Assembly (NCBI RefSeq): GCF_013004595.1
Contig: NZ_JABEMC010000003.1
Location: forward strand, 372,001 to 421,818
Source of the DNA: Brevibacterium luteolum
GTDB lineage: Bacteria > Actinomycetota > Actinomycetes > Actinomycetales > Brevibacteriaceae
DNA: 49,818 nt
Direction of reading: 5' to 3'
The notes beneath the pieces were generated by a model. It was not told where the DNA came from and did not search any database. It saw only the letters and a program-made list of their open reading frames with translations. Positions 1 through 11,200 of the stretch are shown in pieces. A program made the translations under genes and the position numbers. How positions within the stretch are numbered: position 1 is the stretch's first letter; each line of letters opens with the position of its first letter.

Positions 1-46
1 TGCCGCGGTTGCCGCCGGTGACGAGGACGACGCGTGATTCAGACAC
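1..46 (-). CDS. fabG: 3-oxoacyl-ACP reductase (FabG/MabA-like SDR), 5' end only; runs off the window
   Basis: Manual translation from GTG at 46 gives MSESRVVLVTGGNRG, the start of the SDR TGxxxGIG motif; AAGGAG SD upstream; divergent from DUF3099 as usual in actinobacteria. Confidence 0.8.
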   Translation of the reverse strand, partial: MSESRVVLVTGGNRG

Positions 47-197
47 GTGTGGGGGCTCCTTCTTCGTGCGATCGCCGCGTGGGAACGGCGCGGGCAGTGT
101 GATGTCTCCAACCTAACGTACAGATGAAGTCCTTAAGTATCTGGGAGACAATAGGGCGGTAGGCTTTTGTATCTGAAAGCACGAGTCATGGAAGGCT

Positions 198-728
198 ATG
201 GCACAGAAGAGACCACGCACGCACATCACGGATGCCGACGAGTCTCACGAAGCCGACACCCGCGCCCGTTCCCGCCGCTACCTGCTGTCCATGGCCATCC
301 GCATCACCTGCTTTGTCCTGGCCATCGTCACGACCGGCTGGGTGCGCTGGGCGTGTGTGGCCGGTGCGGTGTTCCTCCCGTGGATCGCTGTACAGATCGC
401 CAATGCTGGCAAGGAGAACATCACCCGGACCAAGACCGCGCAGATCGACGGGCCGCCGCTGCCGGAGCTGCAGGCAGGCCGCAGCGATGCTGGTGCCGGT
501 TCCGGTCCCGAGGCGGGCGGCGCCTCGAGTGCCGAGTCCGACGTGGTCGACGCGGAGGTGATCGGCGGATACACGGTCTCTCCCGGCAGCGCCTCCACAC
601 CGGCTCATGACAGCAGGCAGGTCGACGACGAGGAAACGCACGATGTTGTAGAGGGCACCGTGGTCGAACCCGATGCGGATGGTACTCCTCCGCCTGCCGG
701 TGAGGAGGACGGTGAGACCCGTGAGTGA
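198..728 (+). CDS. DUF3099 family membrane protein with a long acidic C-terminal tail
   Basis: ITDA...R.RRYL.SM.IR..CFVLA, two hydrophobic helices, LPWIAV..AN; lies between fabG and SURF1. Confidence 0.8.
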   Translation: MAQKRPRTHITDADESHEADTRARSRRYLLSMAIRITCFVLAIVTTGWVRWACVAGAVFLPWIAVQIANAGKENITRTKTAQIDGPPLPELQAGRSDAGAGSGPEAGGASSAESDVVDAEVIGGYTVSPGSASTPAHDSRQVDDEETHDVVEGTVVEPDADGTPPPAGEEDGETRE

Positions 729-930
729 GCTGCGCTGCTCTGCCCGGGCCTGCAGTCGCCCGGCGGCCTTCGCGATGCTGTGGAACAACCCCCGGGTTCA
801 CACCCCGGAGAGGCGAAAAGTATGGTTGGCCTGTGATGATCACCGGACCTACCTGCACGAGTACCTGCAGCTGCGCGGCCTGCTTAAGGACGACGTGCCG
901 GTCGATGAGATCCCAGCAGGGGCTGGCTGA
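721..930 (+). CDS. Small conserved actinobacterial hypothetical protein with a Cys/His motif
   Basis: GTG start overlapping the DUF3099 stop; CSARAC...LWNNPRVHTPERRKVWLACDDH; its stop overlaps the SURF1 start (TGATG). Confidence 0.75.
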   Translation: MSELRCSARACSRPAAFAMLWNNPRVHTPERRKVWLACDDHRTYLHEYLQLRGLLKDDVPVDEIPAGAG

Positions 931-1940
931 TGGCTGCTAGCTCCTACCGCTTCATCCTCTCCTCCCGCTGGCTGCGCTACATCGCCTTGGCGGTTGTCGC
1001 TGCGATCGCCTGCGGATTCCTCGCCAACTGGCAGAACAACCGCCGTGAGGCCCGCGACGCTGAGATCGCCCACATCAATGCGAACTACCACGGCGAGGCC
1101 GAACCGCTCTCAGCGATCCTGCCTCAGCGTGATGCCGCGCTGCCCGATGAGCTCGACTGGAAGCGCTTTGAGACCCGCGGCACCTACGATGCCTCCTCGA
1201 CGATCCTCGTGCGCAACCGCAGCCTCGATGGGCAGGCCGGTTTCTATGTGCTCGTGCCGCTGGTCACCGAGGCCGGAGGCGAGCTGGCTGTCGTGCGCGG
1301 CTGGGTGCCCACCGGCCAGATGGGTGAGGCCCCGGACGTCTCCGCTCTTCCTGCTCCCCCGGCTGGGGAGGTCAGCATCACTGGCTGGCTGCGCACACCG
1401 CAGGAGGCCTCGGGAGAGACGGCCTCTGAGAACACCATCCGCAGCATCGACCCGGCGATCGTGCCGGGCATGAGCGCTCCGTATACCGGGACCTACGCGC
1501 AGCTCGAAGGCGAGGACCCGGCCCCGGCTGAGCGCCTGACATCCCTGCCGCCGCCGAGCACCGATCCCGGTTCCCACCTGTCGTATACGTTCCAGTGGAT
1601 CGTGTTCGGGATCATGATCCTCGGTGGCGTCTTCTACGCCGCCCGCCGGGAGCGCATCAGCCGTGATCTCGAAGCCGCCGAGCAGGCTGGCCGGGCTCCG
1701 CGCACGGAGTACGTCGTCGTCGACAAGGACACGATTGCCGCCGGCCGTTCCCGCGGGCGTGCCAGCACCCCAGCCGGCCGTGCCTCGCGGTACGGCAGCG
1801 CCGGCCCGCGCAGGACTGCTGCCCGCCGCAGCGCAGCGGCAGCCAGCCGGACAGCCGGTGCGACGGCTGTGTCAGCGCGGCGCAAGCAGGGCTCGGCAGA
1901 GGATGCTGAGGACGCGCTGCTCGACGAGCAGGGCTTCTGA
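930..1940 (+). CDS. SURF1/Shy1 family cytochrome oxidase biogenesis protein
   Basis: N-terminal TM then WQ..R, GFYVLVPL, VVRGWVP, GSHLSYTFQWIVF; Arg/Ala-rich tail. Confidence 0.9.
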   Translation: MAASSYRFILSSRWLRYIALAVVAAIACGFLANWQNNRREARDAEIAHINANYHGEAEPLSAILPQRDAALPDELDWKRFETRGTYDASSTILVRNRSLDGQAGFYVLVPLVTEAGGELAVVRGWVPTGQMGEAPDVSALPAPPAGEVSITGWLRTPQEASGETASENTIRSIDPAIVPGMSAPYTGTYAQLEGEDPAPAERLTSLPPPSTDPGSHLSYTFQWIVFGIMILGGVFYAARRERISRDLEAAEQAGRAPRTEYVVVDKDTIAAGRSRGRASTPAGRASRYGSAGPRRTAARRSAAAASRTAGATAVSARRKQGSAEDAEDALLDEQGF

Positions 1941-1958
1941 GCGACTGTTCTGATCGCC

Positions 1959-3553
<1,595 letters not shown>

Positions 3554-3557
<4 letters not shown>

Positions 3558-4234
3558 CGCGTGTCCTCTCCGTAGGCTGCTTCGGCGCCTGAGCGGATGA
3601 GCCGGGCGAGTTCGTCCTGCGGGCTGCGCTCGGCTGCCCGGGCGGCGGCGACGATGCGGTCAGCGAGATCGCGCTCGAGCTCACATGAGACCTGGACGGT
3701 CGCAGGCGCGGCGGCCACCGCCTCGGGAGCGGCAGGCGCAGTATCAGGGGCAGCCGGTGACTTACGTGCGGCACCGGTGAAGCCGGGGCCGGTGGGCACG
3801 GGCGTGTCGTCTTTATACGCAGCAGCGGCAGCTCGGGCGCGCTCGTCGGCGGCATCGTTGAGGGTGTGGTTGCTGTGACCTTTGACCCATTCGAACTCGA
3901 CACTCCGGCCAGCCAGCGCGGCGTCGAGGGCCTCCATGAGGTCGCGGTTCTGCACGTCCTTGCCGTCGGCCTTCTTCCAGCCGCGGCGCTTCCAGTTCGG
4001 CATCCACTTCGTCACCGAGTTGATGACGTACTGGCTGTCGCACAGGATGTGCAGCGGCGTGTCGGCATCCGCAGTTGCGTTGAGGATCTCGATGACCGCC
4101 TGCAGCTCACCGCGATTGTTCGTCGCCTTCTTCCAGCCGCCGGCGTCCCAGCAGTCGTCGTCGATGTACCAGGCCCAGCCAGCGGGCCCAGGGTTGCCGA
4201 GGGCGGAACCGTCGACGGCGACAGTGATCGTCAC
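3554..4234 (-). CDS. rnhA: Ribonuclease HI with a C-terminal extension
   Basis: VDGSALGNPG, TNNRGEL, DSQYVIN, WVKGH, NDAAD catalytic motifs; GAAGGA SD before the GTG. Confidence 0.92.
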
Positions 4235-4313
4235 GTATGTGTCCTTCCGAAATTGCTGGTCAGGCCAGAAAGCGCCTATTCCCGGCGCGCGATGCCCACA
4301 CTATGCTACTGCC

Positions 4314-5225
4314 ATGACCTTCAATCCCGGCAGTCAGCTCGACACCTCCCAGGTCTCCCGCCGCTCCGGCGGCGGCATGGGCGGTCCCATCAAGGTCGGC
4401 GGTGGCATCGGCTCGATCGCCGTGCTCATCCTCGGCGTCATTCTCTTCGGCCCCGGGTTCATCAACCAGGGCCTCGGCGAGGGCTCTAGTTACGACTACT
4501 CGCAGGTCGGTGAGCAGGACGGCGGACAGTCACTGGCCGAGCAGTGCCAGACCGGTGAGGACGCCAACCGCAACATCGAGTGCCGTGTCGTGGGCACCGT
4601 GAATTCGCTCAACACCTATTGGGGCGGCGGCGCCTCCCGGCTCGGGGTGCGGTATCACCGGCCCGAGGTGGTACTGACGTCTGGTTCGTGGCAGACCGGC
4701 TGCGGCGCGGCCAGTTCGGCGATGGGCCCGTTCTACTGCCCGGCTGATGAGACAGCCTACTTCGACGTCGGGTTCTTCGACCAGCTGCGCAGCCAGTACG
4801 GCGCCGGTCAGGGTCCGCTGGCTGAGGAGTATGTCATCGCCCATGAGTTCGGCCACCACATCCAGCGCCTGACCGGTGACATCAACCGTGCCCAGCAGGG
4901 TGACACCGGCCCGCAGTCCTCGGCGGTGCGCCTGGAGCTGCAGGCCGACTGCTATGCCGGAGTGTGGGCGTCGAATGCCTCGAAGACGAAGGACGCCGGG
5001 ACTGGTGAACCGTACCTGCAGCCGCTGACGGCCTCGGACATCCGCTCGGCGGTCTCGGCTGCCGAGGCGGTTGGCGATGACCGGATCCAACAGAAGGCGC
5101 AGGGCCGGGTGACACCGGAGAACTTCACACACGGGTCCTCCGAACAGCGCGAGACCTGGTTCATGCACGGGTATGAGGACGGCGATCCCGCCGCGTGCGA
5201 TACGTTCTCCGCTGGCCGGATCTGA
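4314..5225 (+). CDS. Neutral zinc metallopeptidase (YpfJ-like)
   Basis: GPFYCPAD, YVIAHEFGHHIQ (HExxH), ELQADCYAG, FTHGSSEQR; start moved to ATG 4314, 6 nt after TATGCT (probably leaderless). Confidence 0.9.
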   Translation: MTFNPGSQLDTSQVSRRSGGGMGGPIKVGGGIGSIAVLILGVILFGPGFINQGLGEGSSYDYSQVGEQDGGQSLAEQCQTGEDANRNIECRVVGTVNSLNTYWGGGASRLGVRYHRPEVVLTSGSWQTGCGAASSAMGPFYCPADETAYFDVGFFDQLRSQYGAGQGPLAEEYVIAHEFGHHIQRLTGDINRAQQGDTGPQSSAVRLELQADCYAGVWASNASKTKDAGTGEPYLQPLTASDIRSAVSAAEAVGDDRIQQKAQGRVTPENFTHGSSEQRETWFMHGYEDGDPAACDTFSAGRI

Positions 5226-5239
5226 TCAGCCCAGAAATG

Positions 5240-5278
5240 GGGGCCGGTGAGCAGTCTGACTGCTCACCGGCCCCTTTT
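5240..5278. terminator. Intrinsic terminator hairpin between convergent genes, probably bidirectional
   Basis: Perfect inverted repeat GGGGCCGGTGAGCAGTC/GACTGCTCACCGGCCCC followed by TTTT. Confidence 0.85.
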
Positions 5279-5291
5279 GCGTGTGGTGGGC

Positions 5292-5627
5292 TCAGATGTT
5301 GAAGCCGAGGGCGCGCATCTGCTCCTTGCCGTCCTCGGTGATGCGCTCGGGGCCCCATGGCGGCATCCACACCCAGTTGATGCGGTAGGCCGGCACGATG
5401 CCCTCGAGCTGCTGGGCGCACTGGTCCTCGATGACGTCGGTCAGCGGGCAGGCCGCCGAGGTCAGGGTCATCTCGACGACGGCAGTGCCGTCGTCCTCAA
5501 CGGACGCGCCGTAGACGAGTCCCAGGTCGACGATGTTGACGCCGAGCTCCGGGTCGACGACGTCCATGAGCGCGTCGATGACCTCTTCGGGTGTGGCGTT
5601 AGTCGGTTGGTCGATCACTTCAGGCAT
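5292..5627 (-). CDS. sufT: SufT/DUF59 Fe-S cluster assembly factor
   Basis: DPELGVNIVDLGLVY, MTLTSAACPL, WVWMPPWGP; last gene of the suf operon. Confidence 0.92.
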   Translation of the reverse strand: MPEVIDQPTNATPEEVIDALMDVVDPELGVNIVDLGLVYGASVEDDGTAVVEMTLTSAACPLTDVIEDQCAQQLEGIVPAYRINWVWMPPWGPERITEDGKEQMRALGFNI

Positions 5628-5657
5628 AGTGTCCTCCTCGTACTGTCAGCATACGGG

Positions 5658-6134
5658 TCAGCGGCCCTCGGCGGCCGCCTGCGCCTGCACGAAGGCATCC
5701 TTGAATGCCATCCAGGCCAGCAGCGCGCACTTGATGCGCGCAGGAAACTTCGAGACTCCCTCGAACGCGGCAGCATCGCCGAGCAGCTCCTCGTCGGCGT
5801 GCCCGCGCCCACGGGAGTGCATGAGCTCGTGGAAGCTGGCTTCCACCTCGGCGAACCGGTCCGGTGCCAGCTCGTCGAGCATCTCGGCCAGCACTGAGGC
5901 CGAGGCCATCGAAATCGAGCAGCCGGCGCCGTCCCAGCGCATGTGCAGGCTCTCGGCGGCAGGGTCGTAGAGCGCCTCGACGGTGATCTCGTCTCCGCAG
6001 GTCGGGTTGACCTGGTGGGAGGAGCCGAACAGTGCGTCGCCGTTCTCGGGTGCGCCGGTCAGCGGCAGATTGCCGCAGCGGCGCTTGGCGTGGTCGAGAA
6101 TGACCTCTTGGTACAGCTGCTGCAGATCGCTCAT
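5658..6134 (-). CDS. sufU: SUF system NifU-like sulfur-transfer protein
   Basis: LYQEVILDH, NPTCGD, GCSISMASAS, ARIKCALLAW; start moved to ATG 6134. Confidence 0.93.
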   Translation of the reverse strand: MSDLQQLYQEVILDHAKRRCGNLPLTGAPENGDALFGSSHQVNPTCGDEITVEALYDPAAESLHMRWDGAGCSISMASASVLAEMLDELAPDRFAEVEASFHELMHSRGRGHADEELLGDAAAFEGVSKFPARIKCALLAWMAFKDAFVQAQAAAEGR

Positions 6135-6150
6135 GGTGTCCTCGCTTCTC

Positions 6151-7422
6151 TCATGCCAGTCCGAAGAAGGGCCGCACCTCTGCCAGCGCTGCCAGGAAGG
6201 CATCGCAGTCGGCCTCCGTGGTGAAGACCGAAGCGCTGGCCCGGGTAGTGGCGGTCAGGCCGTAGCGGCGGTGCAGCGGCTGGGCGCAGTGGTGGCCGAC
6301 GCGCACGGCGATGCCGCGGCTGTCGAGCACCTGGCCGACGTCGTGGGCGTGCACGCCGTCGACGTCGAAGGACACCGCAGCGATGCTCGCCTCGTCAGCT
6401 GGCGGGCCGATCCGCCGGATTCCCGGGATCTGGGCAATGCCGTCGATGAGCCGGGCGGCGATCTGCGCCTCGTGGGCGGCGAGCTCTTCCATGCCGTAGT
6501 AGCCGAGGAAGTCGACTGCGGCATGCAGGCCGACGATCTCGGCGATCGGCTGGGTGCCGGCTTCGAACCGCTGCGGGGCGGGCATGAACGCAGCCGATTC
6601 CATGTCGACGGTCGTGATCATCGAGCCGCCGGTGATGACCGGCGGGAGAGCGTTGAGCAGCTCAGAGCGGCCGTAGAGTGCGCCGATGCCGGTGGGTCCC
6701 AGCATCTTGTGACCGGAGAAGGCTGCGAAGTCGACGTCGAGGTCGTGCAGGTTGACCGGCAGGTGCGGCACCGACTGGCAGGCATCGAGCACCGTGTAGG
6801 CGCCGACGGCGCGGGCGCGCTCGCCGAGCCGCTCGACGGGATTGATGGTGCCGAGCACGTTCGAGACGTGGGTGAAGGCCAGCACCTTCGTCGTCTCATC
6901 GACGATGGTGTCGAGCTCAGTGAGGTCGAGCTGGCCGTCGTCGGTCAGCGGCAGCCAGCGCAGCTGGGCGCCGGTGAGCGCTGCGGTCTGCTGCCACGGG
7001 ATGAGGTTGGCGTGGTGCTCCATCTCGGTCACGACGATCGAGTCGCCGGGACCGAGCCGGAAGCGCTGCGCTTCTGCTCCCCCGAGCCCTGCTGAGGCAT
7101 GCGCCATGCCGAGGGCGACGACGTTGAGCGCCTCCGTGGCGTTCTTCGTCCAGCACACCTCGTCGGCGGCGGCCCCGACGAAGGCCGCCACCGCCTCGCG
7201 CCCGGCCTCGAACGCATCAGTGGCTTCGACGGCCAGCTGATGCGCACCCCGGTGCACCGCGGCGTTGCGCCGCTGGTAGAACTCATCGATCGCATCGATG
7301 ACCTGGCGCGGCTTCTGCGCGGTGGCACCGGAGTCGAGATACACCAGCCGCTGCCCGCCGACTTCCCGATCGAGGATCGGGAAGTCGTTGCGGATGCGGT
7401 CGATGTCAGCAGGGCGGAGCAT
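6151..7422 (-). CDS. sufS: Cysteine desulfurase, SufS family
   Basis: YLDSGATAQKP, SGHKMLGPTG (PLP Lys), RVGHHCAQP (catalytic Cys). Confidence 0.95.
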   Translation of the reverse strand: MLRPADIDRIRNDFPILDREVGGQRLVYLDSGATAQKPRQVIDAIDEFYQRRNAAVHRGAHQLAVEATDAFEAGREAVAAFVGAAADEVCWTKNATEALNVVALGMAHASAGLGGAEAQRFRLGPGDSIVVTEMEHHANLIPWQQTAALTGAQLRWLPLTDDGQLDLTELDTIVDETTKVLAFTHVSNVLGTINPVERLGERARAVGAYTVLDACQSVPHLPVNLHDLDVDFAAFSGHKMLGPTGIGALYGRSELLNALPPVITGGSMITTVDMESAAFMPAPQRFEAGTQPIAEIVGLHAAVDFLGYYGMEELAAHEAQIAARLIDGIAQIPGIRRIGPPADEASIAAVSFDVDGVHAHDVGQVLDSRGIAVRVGHHCAQPLHRRYGLTATTRASASVFTTEADCDAFLAALAEVRPFFGLA

Positions 7423-7439
7423 TGAGGTGAGCGTGGTGA

Positions 7440-8198
7440 TCAGGCGTCCTGCAGGGCGAGGCGGTCGTAACCCTCGTTCTCGAGGCGCTCGGCCAGCTCC
7501 GGTCCGCCGGACTCAGCCACGCGGCCGTTGTAGAGCACGTGCACGCGATCCGGGGTGATGTACTGCAGGATGCGGGTGTAGTGGGTGATGAGCATGATGC
7601 CGACATCGGTCTTCTCCTTGGCGCGGTTGACACCCTCGGAGACGATGCGCAGGGCGTCGACGTCGAGGCCGGAGTCGGTCTCGTCGAGGATCGCGAAGCG
7701 CGGCTTGAGCATCTCCATCTGGAGGATCTCGTGGCGCTTCTTCTCACCACCGGAGAAGCCCTCGTTGACGTTGCGGGCGGCGAACGCCGGGTCGACGCGC
7801 AGGTCCTTCATCGCGCCGGAGAGCTCCTTGGTCCAGGTGCGCAGCTTCGGGGCCTCGCCGTCGATGGCGGTCTTGGCCGAGCGCAGGAAGTTCGTCACGG
7901 TCACGCCGGGAACCTCGACGGGGTACTGCATGGCCAGGAACAGGCCGGCGCGGGCGCGCTCGTCCGGGGACATCTCGGTGATGTCCTCTCCGTCGAGGGT
8001 GACGGTGCCGGAGGTGATCTCGTACTTCGGGTGGCCGGCCAGGGCGTAGGCCAGGGTCGACTTGCCCGAGCCGTTGGGGCCCATGATCGCGTGGGTCTCG
8101 TTGGAGTTGAGCCCCAGGTCGACGCCCTTGAGGATCTCCTTGGGGCCGGATTCGGTCTGGACGCTGACGTGCAGGTCGCGGATGGAAAGAGTTGCCAT
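7440..8198 (-). CDS. sufC: Fe-S cluster assembly ATPase SufC
   Basis: MGPNGSGKST, NEGFSGGEKKR, DETDSGLDVDAL, ITHY. Confidence 0.96.
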   Translation of the reverse strand: MATLSIRDLHVSVQTESGPKEILKGVDLGLNSNETHAIMGPNGSGKSTLAYALAGHPKYEITSGTVTLDGEDITEMSPDERARAGLFLAMQYPVEVPGVTVTNFLRSAKTAIDGEAPKLRTWTKELSGAMKDLRVDPAFAARNVNEGFSGGEKKRHEILQMEMLKPRFAILDETDSGLDVDALRIVSEGVNRAKEKTDVGIMLITHYTRILQYITPDRVHVLYNGRVAESGGPELAERLENEGYDRLALQDA

Positions 8199-8234
8199 GG
8201 TTTCAGTCCTTTGGTGTTGTTCGTTCGGTGAGGA

Positions 8235-8561
8235 TCAGTTGGCCGCTGCCGGGGTGAGGTCGACGTAGACGACGCCGTCGCGCTCTTCGCACGGATACAC
8301 GGCGACCGGTTCGGAGGCCGGCGGGGTCAGCGGCTGTCCGGTGGTCAGTGAGAAGGCGGAGCCGTGCAGCCAGCACTCGATCGAGCAGTCCATGATCTCC
8401 CCTTCGGCGAGTGAGACCTCGCCGTGGGTGCACAGGTCGTCGATCGCGTGGACGGTGCCGTCCTCGGTGCGGGCGATGCAGATCTCGCGTTCGTCGATGA
8501 CGACGCGCAGCGCTTCGCCGGCCGGGACAGCACTGGCCTTGCACGCTTCGTGCAGACTCAC
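8235..8561 (-). CDS. Rieske-type 2Fe-2S ferredoxin of the suf operon
   Basis: CTH...CWLHGS Rieske ligand pattern; start overlaps the sufD stop. Confidence 0.92.
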   Translation of the reverse strand: MSLHEACKASAVPAGEALRVVIDEREICIARTEDGTVHAIDDLCTHGEVSLAEGEIMDCSIECWLHGSAFSLTTGQPLTPPASEPVAVYPCEERDGVVYVDLTPAAAN

Positions 8562-9709
8562 ATCATGCTCCGCGACAGCTCGTCCTCGATCTGCTCGGTG
8601 AGGACTTCCTCGATCTCGGGCACGCGGATCTGCTGGATGACCTCGTTGAAGAAGCCACGCACCACCAGGCGTCGGGCGACGGTCTCCGGGATGCCGCGGC
8701 TCATGAGGTAGAACAGGTGCTCCTCATCGAAGCGACCAGTCGACGATGCGTGGCCGGCGCCTTCGATGTCACCGGTCTCGATCTCCAGGTTCGGCACCGA
8801 ATCGGCTCGTGCGCCCTCGGTGAGGATGAGGTTGCGGTTGAGCTCGTAGGTGTCGATGCCCAGGGCCTCGGGACGGATGAGCACATCGCCGATCCACACG
8901 CTGTGTGCGTCGGTGCCCTGCAGCGCGCCCTTGTACAGCACGTTGGAGGTCGCCTTCGGCGTGTTGTGGTCGATGTAGGTGCGGTGCTCCAGGTGCTGGC
9001 CGGCGTCGGCGAAGTACAGGCCGAGCAGCTCGGCCTCGCCGCCGGGGCCGTCGTAGCGGACGTTGGAGTTCAGGCGCACGATGTCTCCGCCAAGCGAGAT
9101 GGCGATGTGCTTGAACTGAGCGTCCTTGCCGACGAGCGCGTCGTGCTGGCCGAGGTGGACCGATCCGTCCTCCCACAGCTGGATGGAAGCGAAGGTGACC
9201 TCTGCACCCTCACCGATGAGCAGCGAGACGAGCTCGGAGTAGCGGGCCTTGCCCTCGTGTTCGACGACGATGGTGGCCTTGGCGTTGGCGCCGACGGTGA
9301 CGACGACGTGGCCGTGGACGGTCTGGCCTTCCACGCCGTCAGCGTGGATGATGACCGGTTTGTCGAGCTCGGCGCCGGCGGGCACATCGTAGTGAAGCAC
9401 GCCGGGTGCCTGGTTCGCGGCGATCGCAGCCGGGCGATCCTCAGGCTCGAGCACGCCCATCGTGCGGGCGGCCTCCAGGTCGATGACCTCCTGGGTGACC
9501 CCTGCCGGCAGATCCTGGCTGAGGTTGAGCGACTGGCCGGTGCCGGCGTCGTCGAGGAGGTCGGTGAGCTTGCGCACCGGGGTGAAGCGCCATTCCTCTT
9601 CCCGTCCGGTGATCTGCGGGAAGTCGGCGACTGAGAAGCTGCGGGTCCGTTCACTGCGGGATTTCGCCGGAACCTGGACCTCGCTCGGGTTCTCAAGAGT
9701 CTGTGTCAT
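8558..9709 (-). CDS. sufD: Fe-S cluster assembly protein SufD
   Basis: [40 protein letters not shown]. Confidence 0.95.
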   Translation of the reverse strand: MTQTLENPSEVQVPAKSRSERTRSFSVADFPQITGREEEWRFTPVRKLTDLLDDAGTGQSLNLSQDLPAGVTQEVIDLEAARTMGVLEPEDRPAAIAANQAPGVLHYDVPAGAELDKPVIIHADGVEGQTVHGHVVVTVGANAKATIVVEHEGKARYSELVSLLIGEGAEVTFASIQLWEDGSVHLGQHDALVGKDAQFKHIAISLGGDIVRLNSNVRYDGPGGEAELLGLYFADAGQHLEHRTYIDHNTPKATSNVLYKGALQGTDAHSVWIGDVLIRPEALGIDTYELNRNLILTEGARADSVPNLEIETGDIEGAGHASSTGRFDEEHLFYLMSRGIPETVARRLVVRGFFNEVIQQIRVPEIEEVLTEQIEDELSRSMM

Positions 9710-9763
9710 TGAGTGTTCTCTCCTGTGTGAGACGTGGGTGCCTGGATGGGTGCGGTGGCTCGA

Positions 9764-11200
9764 TCAGCCGACCGCGCCCTCCATCTGCAGCTCGATGAGG
9801 CGGTTGAGCTCGAGGGCGTACTCCATCGGCAGCTCACGGGCGATCGGCTCGACGAAGCCGCGCACGATCATCGCCATCGCCTCGGTCTCGTCGAGGCCGC
9901 GGCTCATGAGGTAGAACAGCTGATCCTCGCTGACCTTGGAGACGGTGGCCTCGTGGCCGAGGGAGACATCGTCTTCGCGGATGTCGATGTAGGGGTAGGT
10001 GTCCGAGCGTGAGATGTTGTCGACGAGCAGGGCGTCGCACAGCACGGTGTTCGATGAGCCCTTGGCCTTCGGGTGGACGTGCACGAGGCCGCGGTAGCCG
10101 GCGCGGCCGCCGTTGCGGGCCACGGACTTCGACACGATCGACGAGTGGGTGTTCGGTGCGGCGTGGACCATCTTGGCACCGGTGTCCTGGTGCTGGCCGC
10201 CGCCGGCGAACGCCACCGACAGGGTCTCACCGCGGGCGTGCTGGCCGGTCAGCCAGATCGCCGGGTACTTCATGGTGACCTTCGAGCCGATGTTGCCGTC
10301 GACCCATTCCATCGTCGCGCCCTCTTCGGCGATCGCACGCTTGGTGACGAGGTTGTACACGTTGTTCGACCAGTTCTGGATGGTCGTGTAGCGCACGCGG
10401 GCGTCCTTCTTCGCGATGATCTCGACGACAGCCGAGTGCAGCGAGTCGGACTTGTAGATCGGTGCGGTGCAGCCCTCGACGTAGTGCACGTAGGAGCCTT
10501 CGTCGGCGATGATGAGGGTGCGCTCGAACTGACCCATGTTCTCGGTGTTGATCCGGAAGTAGGCCTGCAGCGGGATCTCGACGTGGACGCCCTTGGGCAC
10601 GTAGATGAACGACCCGCCGGACCACACTGCGGTGTTGAGGGCCGAGAACTTGTTGTCGCCGGCCGGGATGACCGAGCCGAAGTACTCTTCGAAGATCTCC
10701 GGGTGCTCGCGCAGGCCGGTGTCGGTGTCGAGGAAGATGACGCCCTGGCGCTCCAGCTCCTCGTTGATCTTGTGGTAGACGACCTCGGACTCGTACTGGG
10801 CGGCCACGCCTGCCACCAGGCGCTGCTTCTCAGCCTCGGGGATGCCGAGGCGGTCGTAGGTGTTCTTGATGTCCTCGGGCAGGTCCTCCCAGGACTGCAC
10901 CTGACCTTCGGTGGAGCGGACGAAGTACTTGATGTCGTCGAAGTTGATGTCGGTGAGGTCAGCGCCCCAGTGCGGCATCGGCTTCTTGTCGAACAGGCGC
11001 AGGGCCTTGAGGCGGCGGTTGAGCATCCACTCCGGCTCCTCCTTCAGAGCCGAGATCCGGCGGACGACCTCTTCGCTCAGGCCGCGTTCGGCGGTGGCGC
11101 CGGCATCGTTCTCATCGTGCCAGCCGTAGGCGTAGTTGCCGATGTCGTGAAGCTCAGGATTGGCCTCAAGAATCGGGTTGGTCTCGGTGGTGTCAGTCAC
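9764..11200 (-). CDS. sufB: Fe-S cluster assembly protein SufB
   Basis: [36 protein letters not shown] start at 11200 overlaps the sufR stop; no intein. Confidence 0.96.
   Translation of the reverse strand: MTDTTETNPILEANPELHDIGNYAYGWHDENDAGATAERGLSEEVVRRISALKEEPEWMLNRRLKALRLFDKKPMPHWGADLTDINFDDIKYFVRSTEGQVQSWEDLPEDIKNTYDRLGIPEAEKQRLVAGVAAQYESEVVYHKINEELERQGVIFLDTDTGLREHPEIFEEYFGSVIPAGDNKFSALNTAVWSGGSFIYVPKGVHVEIPLQAYFRINTENMGQFERTLIIADEGSYVHYVEGCTAPIYKSDSLHSAVVEIIAKKDARVRYTTIQNWSNNVYNLVTKRAIAEEGATMEWVDGNIGSKVTMKYPAIWLTGQHARGETLSVAFAGGGQHQDTGAKMVHAAPNTHSSIVSKSVARNGGRAGYRGLVHVHPKAKGSSNTVLCDALLVDNISRSDTYPYIDIREDDVSLGHEATVSKVSEDQLFYLMSRGLDETEAMAMIVRGFVEPIARELPMEYALELNRLIELQMEGAVG

Noticed and set aside
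118..175. Short GTATCTG/CAGAT repeats in the fabG/DUF3099 intergenic region
   Set aside because: Too short and irregular to separate from chance without comparative data
8235..8561. Rieske ferredoxin inside the suf operon as a novel insertion
   Set aside because: Common in actinobacterial suf operons
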